From Nitrospirota bacterium (GTDB lineage Bacteria > Nitrospirota > UBA9217), in the NCBI GenBank assembly GCA_963751455.1, contig CAVVUN010000001.1:352001-416000 (forward strand): 64,000 bases of DNA. The letters are read 5' to 3'. Positions 30,811 to 39,957 of this stretch are shown in pieces (position 1 is the stretch's first letter; each line of letters opens with the position of its first letter). Below the pieces are notes generated by a model. It did not search any database and was not told the DNA's origin. It saw only the letters and a list, made by a program, of their open reading frames with translations. The position numbers were made by a program, and so were the translations under genes.

Positions 30811-31118
30811 TAGGCATGATGGTGGTATATCGGACGTTCTAACTAATTAAAAATAATCAGAATATTCTGAAAAAAATATCGGAAACTTAAAGGTCCCTGC
30901 ATAGCTATGAATAAAGTCGTAAAATGATTGATTACTGATTAGGTCGAACGGTCCGAATCAGGAAAACACGCGCAGATGATTTTCATAAATCATAAGACCT
31001 TTACAAGAGAACGGAAAATAAAATTTAGAACTGAGACCAAAGGATTTTGAATTCACGCTTCATCATTTGATGCAATGCCGCTTAAAATATTTTAAAAGAC
31101 CAAAGACAAAATCAATTT

Positions 31119-31214
31119 TCTCGCAAAGGCGCAGAGTTCGCAAAGAAAGGCAATTCATTTGGGTTTAAACCCTGATTTAAGGATTCCCTTTGCGTCCTTT
31201 GCGCCTCTGCGAGA
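31119..31214. repeat. Palindromic element of inverted 9-mer tandem repeats
   Basis: TCTCGCAAAGGCGCAGAGTTCGCAAAG ... CTTTGCGTCCTTTGCGCCTCTGCGAGA. Confidence 0.8.
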
Positions 31215-31332
31215 GATGACTTTGATGTTGGTGTTGCTTCGTCAGGCTGAGACAATGCCCTCTTAAAATATTTTATGTGTTAAGTCAATGTCAAAATCAA
31301 AACCCATTACCCTCTGTGTCAATATAAGTGAG

Positions 31333-31442
31333 ACACCTCCCGTATGGGACCGGAAGAGTACGACAATGAGTCTGAGGGTTCTCGCTTGCTAGCGAGATGG
31401 TACGACAATGTGTTTAGTTAGTAGTAACACGTATCCAGGGTG
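31333..31442 (+). repeat. Degenerate copies of mini-element B
   Basis: GTACGACAATGAGTCTGA and CTCGCTTGCTAGCGAGATGGTACGACAATG, ending in an A-like CAGGGTG. Confidence 0.6.
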
Positions 31443-31626
31443 CGGCTTCGTGTAAGACCTTTTGATTATGAAACCGCAAGAAAATCTCACTAAGACTATC
31501 CTCTCAAATTGCAAACAATCAGTTTATTATAACTGCAACTTTATGCTACGTTTTATATTGACAAGCCTTTATGCGCAGAGTTAGATAATCAGCGAGCGCT
31601 GTTTCAAAGAGCATGAAGGAGGGAAG

Positions 31627-32040
31627 ATGAAGAGACGTAACTTCCTCGGAGTCATCTTGGGATCTCTCGGGTCAATCACATTCGCATCGTTTGGTTATTC
31701 GCTGTTCAGACTTCTTACCTCGGCACCCGCCAAGGCAGTCGAATCAAAAGAAGTAATCATTGCGAAAGTTGATGTCCCCTACGGAGGGAGCAAGAACATC
31801 ACGTTTGGAGACATTCCGGTCGTGGTCATCAACCGGCCTGAAAAAGGATACATCGCTTTTTCACGCACCTGCACCCATTTCGGCTGTCTCGTCGATTTCA
31901 ACAAGGACCGTCAAAAGATCATCTGCCCCTGCCACGCCGGCACCTATGATCTCGACGGAACCGTATTATCGGGTCCGCCGCCCAAACCGCTGACGCGCAT
32001 TCCTGTAAAAATAGAAGGAGAAAACCTCATTGTAGGGTGA
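31627..32040 (+). CDS. Rieske 2Fe-2S subunit of a bc-type complex (CbcV-like)
   Basis: Tat motif KRRNFL, CTHFGC, CPCHAGTY and SGPPPKPL. Confidence 0.95.
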   Translation: MKRRNFLGVILGSLGSITFASFGYSLFRLLTSAPAKAVESKEVIIAKVDVPYGGSKNITFGDIPVVVINRPEKGYIAFSRTCTHFGCLVDFNKDRQKIICPCHAGTYDLDGTVLSGPPPKPLTRIPVKIEGENLIVG

Positions 32041-32044
32041 GCTT

Positions 32045-33148
32045 ATGTGGAAAAAAATAAAAGAATGGCTTGATGTACGGTTCGGTCTGAATGCAATCCT
32101 GGAGACACAACTCCGCGAACAGGTCCTCGACTACCGCATCCCGAAGAATACGAATATCCTCTACACGCTCGGTTTTCTCACGGTCGTCGCGTTTTGCATT
32201 CAGGTGTTCACGGGAATCATTCTCCTGACCTGCTACATTCCTCACCCCGACCATGCGTTCAGCAGCGTACAGGACATCATGACGAAGGTCCCCTTCGGGT
32301 GGCTCTTCCGAGAGATGCACTCAATCGGCAGCAACCTCCTGATTACCATCGTTCTGCTGCACATGGTAACTGTGTTTCTCATGGGGAACTACAAGCGGCC
32401 GAGAGAACTCACCTGGGCCGGCGGCGCACTTGCCCTCATAGTCGTAATAACGTTCGGCTACAGCGGCCATCTGCTGCCGTGGAACCAGATGAGCTACTGG
32501 TCGACCACGGTGGTAACGTCGATGCCGACCGCGTTCCCCGTTATCGGCGAGACCATCGCCCGCCTTCTGAAGGGCGGCGACCATATCACGGGAGTGACGC
32601 TGAGCAGGTTCTTCGCGCTGCATATCGCCATTCTGCCGTCCATCTTTGTGGGACTGATCGCAGTCCATCTCTTTATGATCTACCGCACGGGAATCTCGGC
32701 GACCCCTTTCGGGATGTCGGATACGGAAGGACGCCCCGGTTCGGAATATATACGAAAAAACCACCCGGACGGGTATCCTTATTACCCCGCCTTTTTTAAG
32801 AAGCAGATGTATATGATGATGGCGTACTTCGCGGTCCTGTTCTTCATCATGACGTTCATGCCCACGCTGTATAATTCCCCGGGCGACATGATTGCGGCTG
32901 ACCCGTATAAAACCCCTCCCGGGATACGGCCCGCATGGTACCTGGTCGCGCAATACCAGTTCCTGAAACTCATTCCGAACAAATTTCTCGGCATAGCCGT
33001 TCAGATCATCCTGGTATTCGCTTTTATTGCCTGGCCTTTCCTCGACAGGCAGGAGGAAAAAAATCTGATGAAACGGCCCCTCCTGAGAGGCGTATTCATA
33101 GTCCTGCTTGCCGCATGGCTTCTTCTGCTGTTTTGGGGGAGGAACTAA
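32045..33148 (+). CDS. Cytochrome b subunit (b6 fused to subunit IV; CbcW-like)
   Basis: GWLFREMH, LLHM, YKRPRELTW, LSRFFALH, AVHL and the Qo motif variant RPAWY. Confidence 0.95.
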   Translation: MWKKIKEWLDVRFGLNAILETQLREQVLDYRIPKNTNILYTLGFLTVVAFCIQVFTGIILLTCYIPHPDHAFSSVQDIMTKVPFGWLFREMHSIGSNLLITIVLLHMVTVFLMGNYKRPRELTWAGGALALIVVITFGYSGHLLPWNQMSYWSTTVVTSMPTAFPVIGETIARLLKGGDHITGVTLSRFFALHIAILPSIFVGLIAVHLFMIYRTGISATPFGMSDTEGRPGSEYIRKNHPDGYPYYPAFFKKQMYMMMAYFAVLFFIMTFMPTLYNSPGDMIAADPYKTPPGIRPAWYLVAQYQFLKLIPNKFLGIAVQIILVFAFIAWPFLDRQEEKNLMKRPLLRGVFIVLLAAWLLLLFWGRN

Positions 33149-34033
33149 TGAAAAACGCAATCATTGTCCTGGCGATCATATTCCTTCTGCCCGCTGCAGC
33201 ACGCGCGGGATACCGGGAGGATTTCGAAAATGAATTTATGACAAAAACGTGGGCAGGCCTGCAGATGGAGGAAAATCTCTGCATCTCCTGCCATGCTTCG
33301 GAGCAGATGAAGCCGGAATATCGCCAGATCACCCAGGCGTGGCAGTCGAGCTGGCATGCCCGGAACAATATCTCATGTGAGAATTGCCACGGCGGAGATC
33401 CGAAGGACGCCGCGCTCGCCATGTCCCGCCAGCGGGGCTTTGTCGGAATACCGAAATATGAGGATGTCCCGGAGTTCTGCGGAAAATGCCATATCGGGAT
33501 TCTTGCGAACTTCCAGGACAGCGGCCACGGCAAAGCGCTCAAGTCAGGAAGAGTTTCAGAAAGCTCTGCGGCGATCAAGACAGGTAAAAAAGCTCCCAAC
33601 TGCATCACGTGCCACGGTACGCATGATATTCAGAAGGCAGGCATCGACATCATCAACGAACAGCTCTGCACAAAGTGTCATTCGTACGAGCGGGCGAAGA
33701 TCATGAAACAGGCCCTTTTCCTGACCGAAGAAAAGATCGGGCTGCTCGAAGAAAAAGCTGGCTGATCTGAAGCGGGAAGGGATCTATTCCCAGGCGGATG
33801 AGAAAAATCTCTTTAGCACCGAAGCGGAATTCCGTGCCCTTTTCCATACGGTTGATGTGAACGTGGTGAAGGAACGGACGGACGAGTTTACGAAACGCTT
33901 GAACGTGATCGACAACAACATCAAGGCAACCTATCGGGAATTGAGATTCAGGAAAAACTTCTCCGGCTTATTAATGCTGGCCTTTGCCGGAATGGGTATC
34001 GTCATATTTCTGATGCCCAATAAAAAGGAATAG
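33148..34033 (+). CDS. Pentaheme cytochrome c with C-terminal membrane anchor (CbcX-like), frameshifted in an A-run at about 33752-33756
   Basis: Signal peptide; CISCH, CENCH, CGKCH, CITCH, CTKCH. The +1 frame continues LADLKREG...FRALFHTVDV...GLLMLAFAGMGIVIFLM to TAG 34033. Confidence 0.85.
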
Positions 34034-34190
34034 TATTTCTGTTGGGGCAATGTTTCATGTCACATAAGGCTGCATGATATTTTCCTCCACCCTTCCCCTC
34101 CTCTACGGAGATGCTCTCCCGCCGGCTCCCTCTCCCTGAAGAGAGAGGTTTTGCCGGGACAAGCGGGCGGTGTACGACACGGAGACAAAC

Positions 34191-34703
34191 ATGAAGAAAC
34201 TCAAAGCAGGACCGATTCTCCATCTCATCATACTTGCAGGGATCACCGTCTTTGCAGGGATTGCCCATGCCGAAGATGATGATATCCCGAAAAGATTCTT
34301 TGTAGCGCCCCCGCCCTTTTCTTCCGGAATATTTCCCTGTTCTCAGTGTCATTCAGGCATGCCTGCTGACCGGAAACAGCGCAAGCTGAGCATGCATGAG
34401 GACATCGTTCTGAAACACATGCCTGGCGGGTGGTGCTTTGACTGCCACAATCCGGACAACCGGGACAAACTCCGGCTCGCAAACGGCAAGCAGGTCAAAT
34501 TCGAGGAATCGTACATCCTGTGCGGGCAGTGCCACGGCACGGTCCTGCGCGACTGGAAAGCGGGGCTCCACGGCAAGAGAACAGGAAGCTGGAACGGCGA
34601 AAAGCAGTATCTCCTCTGCGTAAGCTGCCATTGGCCCCATGACCCGCCGTTCAAAGCGATAAAGCCCTTGCCTCCGCCGATGAGGCCTGCGGACATTAAA
34701 TAA
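34191..34703 (+). CDS. Tetraheme cytochrome c (CbcS-like)
   Basis: Signal peptide; CSQCH, CFDCH, CGQCH, CVSCH; DWKAGLHGKRTG. Confidence 0.9.
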   Translation: MKKLKAGPILHLIILAGITVFAGIAHAEDDDIPKRFFVAPPPFSSGIFPCSQCHSGMPADRKQRKLSMHEDIVLKHMPGGWCFDCHNPDNRDKLRLANGKQVKFEESYILCGQCHGTVLRDWKAGLHGKRTGSWNGEKQYLLCVSCHWPHDPPFKAIKPLPPPMRPADIK

Positions 34704-34746
34704 TGAATGAGGCAAGCCTCAGACAATTAAAGCGAAACGCCGTTGA

Positions 34747-34853
34747 ACCGCGAAGGCGCGAAGGACGCGAAGAAAACCATACGACAAAATCTTTTTCTGG
34801 TTTTTAACCCGATTCAAATCTTGCATTCCTCGCGTCCTTCGCGCCTTCGCGGT
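34747..34853. repeat. Palindromic element of inverted 9-mer tandem repeats
   Basis: ACCGCGAAGGCGCGAAGGACGCGAAG ... CTCGCGTCCTTCGCGCCTTCGCGGT. Confidence 0.82.
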
Positions 34854-34938
34854 AAATGCTTTTTTGTTTTTATTTTGCAGAAACTTGATTCAAAATTTAA
34901 TACCGGTTTGTAAGTATTTATAGAGAACTACGAGGCGA

Positions 34939-35865
34939 ATGATGGGAAAAATAGAGAAAAAAAAGGGCGGCGTGCATTTCGACCGCAGGACGTTCATGAA
35001 AGGCGCCGCCCTCGCCCTGGGCGGTCTGACGATTCCTCTCAAAGCAGACGCGGGATTCTGGGAATCGTTCTTTCAAAAGCGCTTCACGGAAATGAACGAC
35101 GCGGAGAAAAAGCAGGTGATTACACGGCTCGAACAAGAGTACGGAGAAAAATATAAAAAGGCCATTACAATCGGCAATGAAAACGCAATCCCGGGCGTGC
35201 TCTTCGGTTACGGCCTGGATCTGTCGAGATGCATCGGCTGCAGAAAGTGCGTGTACGCCTGCGTCGACGAGAACAACCAGTCCAAGGACCCGCAGGTCCA
35301 CTGGATATCGGTCCTTCGTTTCAAAAAGGGCGAAAAGTGGGTGGACCTCGAAGAGTCCGAAAAATATTACAACCCGGAGCTGGTCCCCGAGGAAGGGTAT
35401 TTCACGATGCCGGTACAGTGCCAGCAGTGCGAGGACCCGCCCTGCGTCCGCGCCTGTCCGACCCAGGCCACCTGGAAGGAGCCGGACGGGATCGTGGTCA
35501 TCGACTATAACTGGTGCATCGGCTGCCGCTACTGCATGGCCGCATGCCCCTACGGCGCGCGCCACTTCAACTGGGCCGAACCGGGCCGCAAGCCCGAGGA
35601 GCTCAACCCCAACACGCATTATCTCGGGAACCGGCCGCGGTACAAAGGTGTCGTCGAGAAGTGCACGTTTTGCATTCAGCGCACCCGGAAAGGGCTCTAT
35701 CCCGCATGCGTGGAGGCCTGCCCTGTCGGGGCCAGGAAGTTCGGAAACCTCCTCGACCCGAAAAGCGAAATCCGGTACGCTATAGAACATAAGAGGGTCT
35801 TCCGCCTGAAGGAAGACCTGAATACGAATCCGAAGTTTTATTATTTCTTCGCATACGGCAGGTAG
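34939..35865 (+). CDS. Tat-exported 4x[4Fe-4S] NrfC/DmsB-like subunit (CbcT-like)
   Basis: DRRTFMK; CIGCRKCVYAC, CQQCEDPPCVRACP, CIGCRYCMAACP and KCTFC...ACVEACP. Confidence 0.94.
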   Translation: MMGKIEKKKGGVHFDRRTFMKGAALALGGLTIPLKADAGFWESFFQKRFTEMNDAEKKQVITRLEQEYGEKYKKAITIGNENAIPGVLFGYGLDLSRCIGCRKCVYACVDENNQSKDPQVHWISVLRFKKGEKWVDLEESEKYYNPELVPEEGYFTMPVQCQQCEDPPCVRACPTQATWKEPDGIVVIDYNWCIGCRYCMAACPYGARHFNWAEPGRKPEELNPNTHYLGNRPRYKGVVEKCTFCIQRTRKGLYPACVEACPVGARKFGNLLDPKSEIRYAIEHKRVFRLKEDLNTNPKFYYFFAYGR

Positions 35866-35876
35866 GAGGTCCTTTC

Positions 35877-37163
35877 ATGGGCAGCGTGATCAAAAACTTT
35901 TTCATTGCCTTGCGCCAGGTCTTTATAGGGAGCCGGGCTTATTATCTCTGGATTGCGTTCCTGTCCCTCTTCATTCTGCTCGGGTTCAGCGCATACGCCG
36001 ATCAGCTCCAGCAAGGACTCATCACGACCGCAATGCGGGACCAGGTCTCCTGGGGCCTGTACATCTCGAACTTCACCTTCCTTGTCGGCGTGGCCGCGGC
36101 GGCGGTGCTCCTTGTCGTTCCGGCGTACCTCTACAACTTCAAACCGATCAAAGAGATCGTGCTGTTCGGCGAGCTGCTCGCCGTGACCGCGATCACGATG
36201 TGCATCCTGTTCATCCTGGTCGACATGGGACAGCCGATGCGCGTATGGCATATCCTGCCGCTCCTCGGGGCCATGCACTTCCCCGCATCGCTGCTTGCAT
36301 GGGACGTGGTCGTATTGAACGGGTATCTCGCCATAAACGGCATCATTGCCTTCTACGTCCTGTACCGGCTGTCGATCGGCAAGGAATACAGCATGTCCGT
36401 GATCGGTCCCCTGATCATTCTCTCGATCCCCTGGGCCGTGAGCATCCATACCGTGACCGCGTTCCTCTACAACGGCTTATCCGCACGGCCGTTCTGGAAT
36501 GCCTCGATCCTGGCCCCCAGATTTCTTGCTTCGGCATTCTGTTCCGGGCCTGCGATCATGCTGGTCCTGTTCCAGATCATCAGGAAACGCTCCGAGGTGG
36601 AGATCGACAACCGGGCCATTTTTAAAATAGCTGAATTGATCGCCTACGCAATGGCTATCAACCTGTTCCTTCTGGGCGCAGAGGTGTTCAAGGAATTTTA
36701 TTCAGGCGCGGTCGACAGTTATTCTATCCGGTATCTCTACCTGGGTCTTCACGGGAAGACCAGCCTGGTGCCCTGGATGTGGGCCGCAACCTTCATGAAC
36801 ATTACGGCGTTCTTCCTGTTCCTCTTCCCGAAGACCCGGGAGAATTTCACGACCCTCAATATCGGATGCATCCTGATCATCATGGGCGTGTATATTGAAA
36901 AGGGCATGGGCCTGATAGTCCCCGGCTTTGTTCCGGACAGCCTCGGGGAAATTTATGAGTACTCTCCTACCACGTCGGAGATTCTGGTAACGATGGGGAT
37001 CTGGGCCTGCGGCGCGCTTCTGTACACGGTGCTCCTCAAATTTGCCGTACCGATTTATACCGGGAAGCTCAGGTTCGAAACGAAGGAGAGGACAGGTTAC
37101 AACAACCCCATAGCAGGACACACAACAGCAGAACACACAGCAGGATCGCACGGTAGGAACTGA
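35877..37163 (+). CDS. NrfD/PsrC-family quinone-interacting membrane subunit (CbcU-like)
   Basis: WGLYISNFTFLVGVAAAAV, VDMGQP, SLLAWD, SIHTVTAF and RFLASAF. Confidence 0.93.
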   Translation: MGSVIKNFFIALRQVFIGSRAYYLWIAFLSLFILLGFSAYADQLQQGLITTAMRDQVSWGLYISNFTFLVGVAAAAVLLVVPAYLYNFKPIKEIVLFGELLAVTAITMCILFILVDMGQPMRVWHILPLLGAMHFPASLLAWDVVVLNGYLAINGIIAFYVLYRLSIGKEYSMSVIGPLIILSIPWAVSIHTVTAFLYNGLSARPFWNASILAPRFLASAFCSGPAIMLVLFQIIRKRSEVEIDNRAIFKIAELIAYAMAINLFLLGAEVFKEFYSGAVDSYSIRYLYLGLHGKTSLVPWMWAATFMNITAFFLFLFPKTRENFTTLNIGCILIIMGVYIEKGMGLIVPGFVPDSLGEIYEYSPTTSEILVTMGIWACGALLYTVLLKFAVPIYTGKLRFETKERTGYNNPIAGHTTAEHTAGSHGRN

Positions 37164-37196
37164 CGAGACGATCATATCAAACATCTTCTCTCTGTT

Positions 37197-37245
37197 GTCA
37201 CCTTTCTTGCGCGCCCAAGAAAGGTGACCCAAAGAAGGGCACCCG
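37197..37245. repeat. Strong hairpin, probably the end of a MITE/REP-like repeat
   Basis: GTCACCTTTCTTG-CGCGCC-CAAGAAAGGTGAC followed by CCAAAGAAGGGCACCC. Confidence 0.55.
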
Positions 37246-37466
37246 GCGGAAATCCTTTACGGCATGCTTGGTCGTCCTCAGTACGATAGAAATCTCAAAC
37301 AGTCCGAAATGCTTAACCCTCGGATAGCCTGTATTCGCGCATGTGCACTCATAATCACCGGCCACGAGTTCGGTCACATGCCTAGATTTTCGCATGGGAA
37401 AGAACAACAAGCTACCACACAAAACCCGGAAGATCCAGATGTTCTACTTACTCCAGAATTGACTCA

Positions 37467-38033
37467 TTACGCATCACGAAGTCTGCTCTTTATCGCTTCC
37501 CATATTTCAATCAGGCCCAGGCGCCGCGCCCAATCGGTTATGTAGGCCATATCAATCGCTTCACCGCTGACCTTGAGAATGCCCGTAATATCACGAAGAT
37601 GCTTTTCTGACCCGCCGTCACGGTAATACTCCATTTTCTTGATAATGACGTCCTCCGGAGCCGCAAAATTTGCCTGAAAGGTTTCGGCGGGATTTATTCT
37701 CCTGATACGGCTGAATCGGCTCGCGTCAAATGCTGTGTCGCTGCTGACTATCACGTCTACCTTGAGGCCGGATGCAGGATGAATGATATTGAACTGGCCA
37801 TGAGCTCGTATCGCCTCCCTGATCATGTCACCGTCAATGTAATAGTTATCCGAAGGAAAGGCAGCGAGCAACCCCGGAATGTGCCGTACCCCAAGCACTG
37901 CCACGATATCTACGTCATTCGTAAGCCGGGGTTCGCCGTAAGCCATTGCGGCCACAGAACCCGTAACAAGATAAGGAACAGAAAGCCGTTCGAAGACATC
38001 AACAATCTTGTGCAGAAGCTCAAACGGCTCCAT
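37467..38033 (-). CDS. Nucleotidyltransferase-fold protein, putative toxin
   Basis: TGSVA...YGEPRLTNDVD (GS...RxTxDxD), PEDVIIKK and KHLRDI. Confidence 0.85.
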   Translation of the reverse strand: MEPFELLHKIVDVFERLSVPYLVTGSVAAMAYGEPRLTNDVDIVAVLGVRHIPGLLAAFPSDNYYIDGDMIREAIRAHGQFNIIHPASGLKVDVIVSSDTAFDASRFSRIRRINPAETFQANFAAPEDVIIKKMEYYRDGGSEKHLRDITGILKVSGEAIDMAYITDWARRLGLIEIWEAIKSRLRDA

Positions 38034-38247
38034 GCGACATCCTCCTCGCGACTTCGCCGTAAAGCTGTTCGTCGGACCAAACAGGGTGCTCTCTCCGCAA
38101 ATGCGCGATGAGCATCGTACGTGCCGCGGTCCAAAGGCCAAAGCCTATCGCGATCCGTTCGGCCGGCGTTTTTCGCCGCAGTACAGCCGCCATTGCGTCG
38201 TCAACGATCTCGATTTGTCCTTTATCCAGCCGCAATGTTTTTGACAC
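38020..38247 (-). CDS. Small partner protein, putative antitoxin
   Basis: SD GGAGGAG before GTG 38247; 75 aa with KTPAERIAI...HPVWS..L..EVARR; overlaps the NTase start. Confidence 0.75.
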   Translation of the reverse strand: MSKTLRLDKGQIEIVDDAMAAVLRRKTPAERIAIGFGLWTAARTMLIAHLRREHPVWSDEQLYGEVARRMSHGAV

Positions 38248-38366
38248 GACTCCTCCGCGTCTTTTATGAGTTATCAACAAATCAAGAAATAAGGTTTGAT
38301 CCTGATCCATCAATTACTGGTTAGAATTTTAGCATAGTTTGAAATGAAATACGATGATTTTGAGCA

Positions 38367-38964
38367 AAAGGAATGGGGCTGATCGTCCCCGGCTTTGTTC
38401 CGGACAGCCTCGGGGAAATTTATGAGGCCCCTGATTCCCGCCTGCACCCAGTCGGTTACGAGTGCACTGCGCGAGTGCAGGGTGTCTCGCGATCCATAGC
38501 GAGATGGTACTACAACGAGTCTAAGAATTTCCCCTGATTCCCGTCTGCACCCAGCGTTTATGAGGTCCTTGATTCCCGTCTCGCGCTTCTCAGCGAGATG
38601 GTACTACAATGAGTCTAAGCAGTCGGCACTGCGCGAGTGCAGGGTGTCTCGCGATTCATAGCGAGATGGTACGACAACGAGTCTAAGTATTATGCGACAG
38701 CGGGAATTCAGGGCGGAACTGCGAACTCGCGACAGCGAGGCTCAACCGAGCCACGCGCGAGTGAGCGGATAGATTTTTCATTGTCCACTACTCCTTCTCG
38801 ATAGATTTATCTTTGTCCATCTGCCCCTCGCCCTCCAGGGAGAGGCTGGGGTGAGGGTGGGTCTTCTGAGAAGGATGGGATGAGGATGGGTTCCACCCCG
38901 GCGGAGCCGGGGGAAGCCAAGGCGCGGGATAACGATGGGAATCTGGGCCTGCGGCGCGCTTCTG
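38367..38964 (+). pseudogene. Displaced 3' fragments of the nrfD-like gene, split by repeat elements
   Basis: 38367-38426 matches about 36900-36959 (KGMGLIVPGFVPDSLGEIYE) and 38930-38964 matches 36988-37022 (TMGIWACGALL); the differences I aligned are synonymous. Confidence 0.8.
38427..38713 (+). mobile_element. Nested cluster of mini-elements A and B
   Basis: B contains A (38441-38484). A second B contains A (38544-38646), which itself contains B (about 38565-38618). Confidence 0.78.
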
Positions 38965-39957
38965 CTATCTCGTCTCTTTTGGAATTCCGACATAATATAG
39001 ATCGAATCCGCCTTTACCGCCGGTGCGGTTGGAAGAAAATATCATTAAATCATTTGAATAATCCGGCGCATAGATCACGATGGGGCGGTATTCATCATAC
39101 GCCGTATTGATGGACGGACCAAAGTTCACCGGCGCTGACCATCCGTTCTCGTATGTTGAATAGTATAAATCGTATCCGCCATACCCGCCCGCTCTGTCCG
39201 ATGTAAAAACGAGAAGCTTACCATTTATGTACGGACATTTGTCATTATTCAAGGTACTCAAGACGTCGGCCCTTGTTATGATTGCATTACCCTCGCCCGC
39301 TAGCCACGTCGGTATGTCTACCCCGTCCGGGATAGCAGCCTGATAGATGTCGAAATCCTCCCCTCCTCTGTTCGAGTTGAAGTAGATCGAGTTGTCCGGA
39401 CCAAACGTGGGATATGCGTCAGCAGATGTCGAATTCAGGACAGCGGAAAGATAGGCGATCCCGTCTCCCGGGTTGACGACTGCGTGATAGATGTCGAGAT
39501 TGTCATTCAGATCGCTTGCATAAAGATAGACCTTCCTGCCATCGGGCAGGTCTTCGATGACCGGACCGTATTCGTTTGACGGAGAGTTGACCCCCGGCCA
39601 GGCTGAATCGAAGAACCATCCAGTCATGCTGAAATTGCCCGTATTCTGGTTGAACATTACGTTTACATTCATGCTTTCGATATCGAATGTGCCGCCTTGA
39701 GTGGATCTATTCGACGAAAAATAGAAAGGGAAAGCCAATTGGAGCACCGGTGTTGCTCCAGAGTTGAAATCGTCGAATTCACTGTTCGCATCGTCAAAAG
39801 GCGTTACGATTTCAGGGATGGAGCCGACCGGATAGTTGATCTTCATGTTATCGTAACCCTTGCTGTCTCTATCCTGGCACGCAAAGAGATTGAAAGCTGT
39901 CAACAGCACCAGGACATAATGCAAGTATTCGGTAAAAATACAAATGCCAGTCTTCAT
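38965..39957 (-). CDS. Lipoprotein with PD40 (TolB-like/WD40-like) repeats
   Basis: Lipobox LFAC; repeated FSSNR.GG.G..DLY, YFNSNRGG and FTSDRAGG motifs. Confidence 0.85.
   Translation of the reverse strand: MKTGICIFTEYLHYVLVLLTAFNLFACQDRDSKGYDNMKINYPVGSIPEIVTPFDDANSEFDDFNSGATPVLQLAFPFYFSSNRSTQGGTFDIESMNVNVMFNQNTGNFSMTGWFFDSAWPGVNSPSNEYGPVIEDLPDGRKVYLYASDLNDNLDIYHAVVNPGDGIAYLSAVLNSTSADAYPTFGPDNSIYFNSNRGGEDFDIYQAAIPDGVDIPTWLAGEGNAIITRADVLSTLNNDKCPYINGKLLVFTSDRAGGYGGYDLYYSTYENGWSAPVNFGPSINTAYDEYRPIVIYAPDYSNDLMIFSSNRTGGKGGFDLYYVGIPKETR

Noticed and set aside
38427-38713. Possible CRISPR array
   Set aside because: The repeats are nested rather than regularly spaced, there are no unique spacers of constant length, and no cas genes are in the window.
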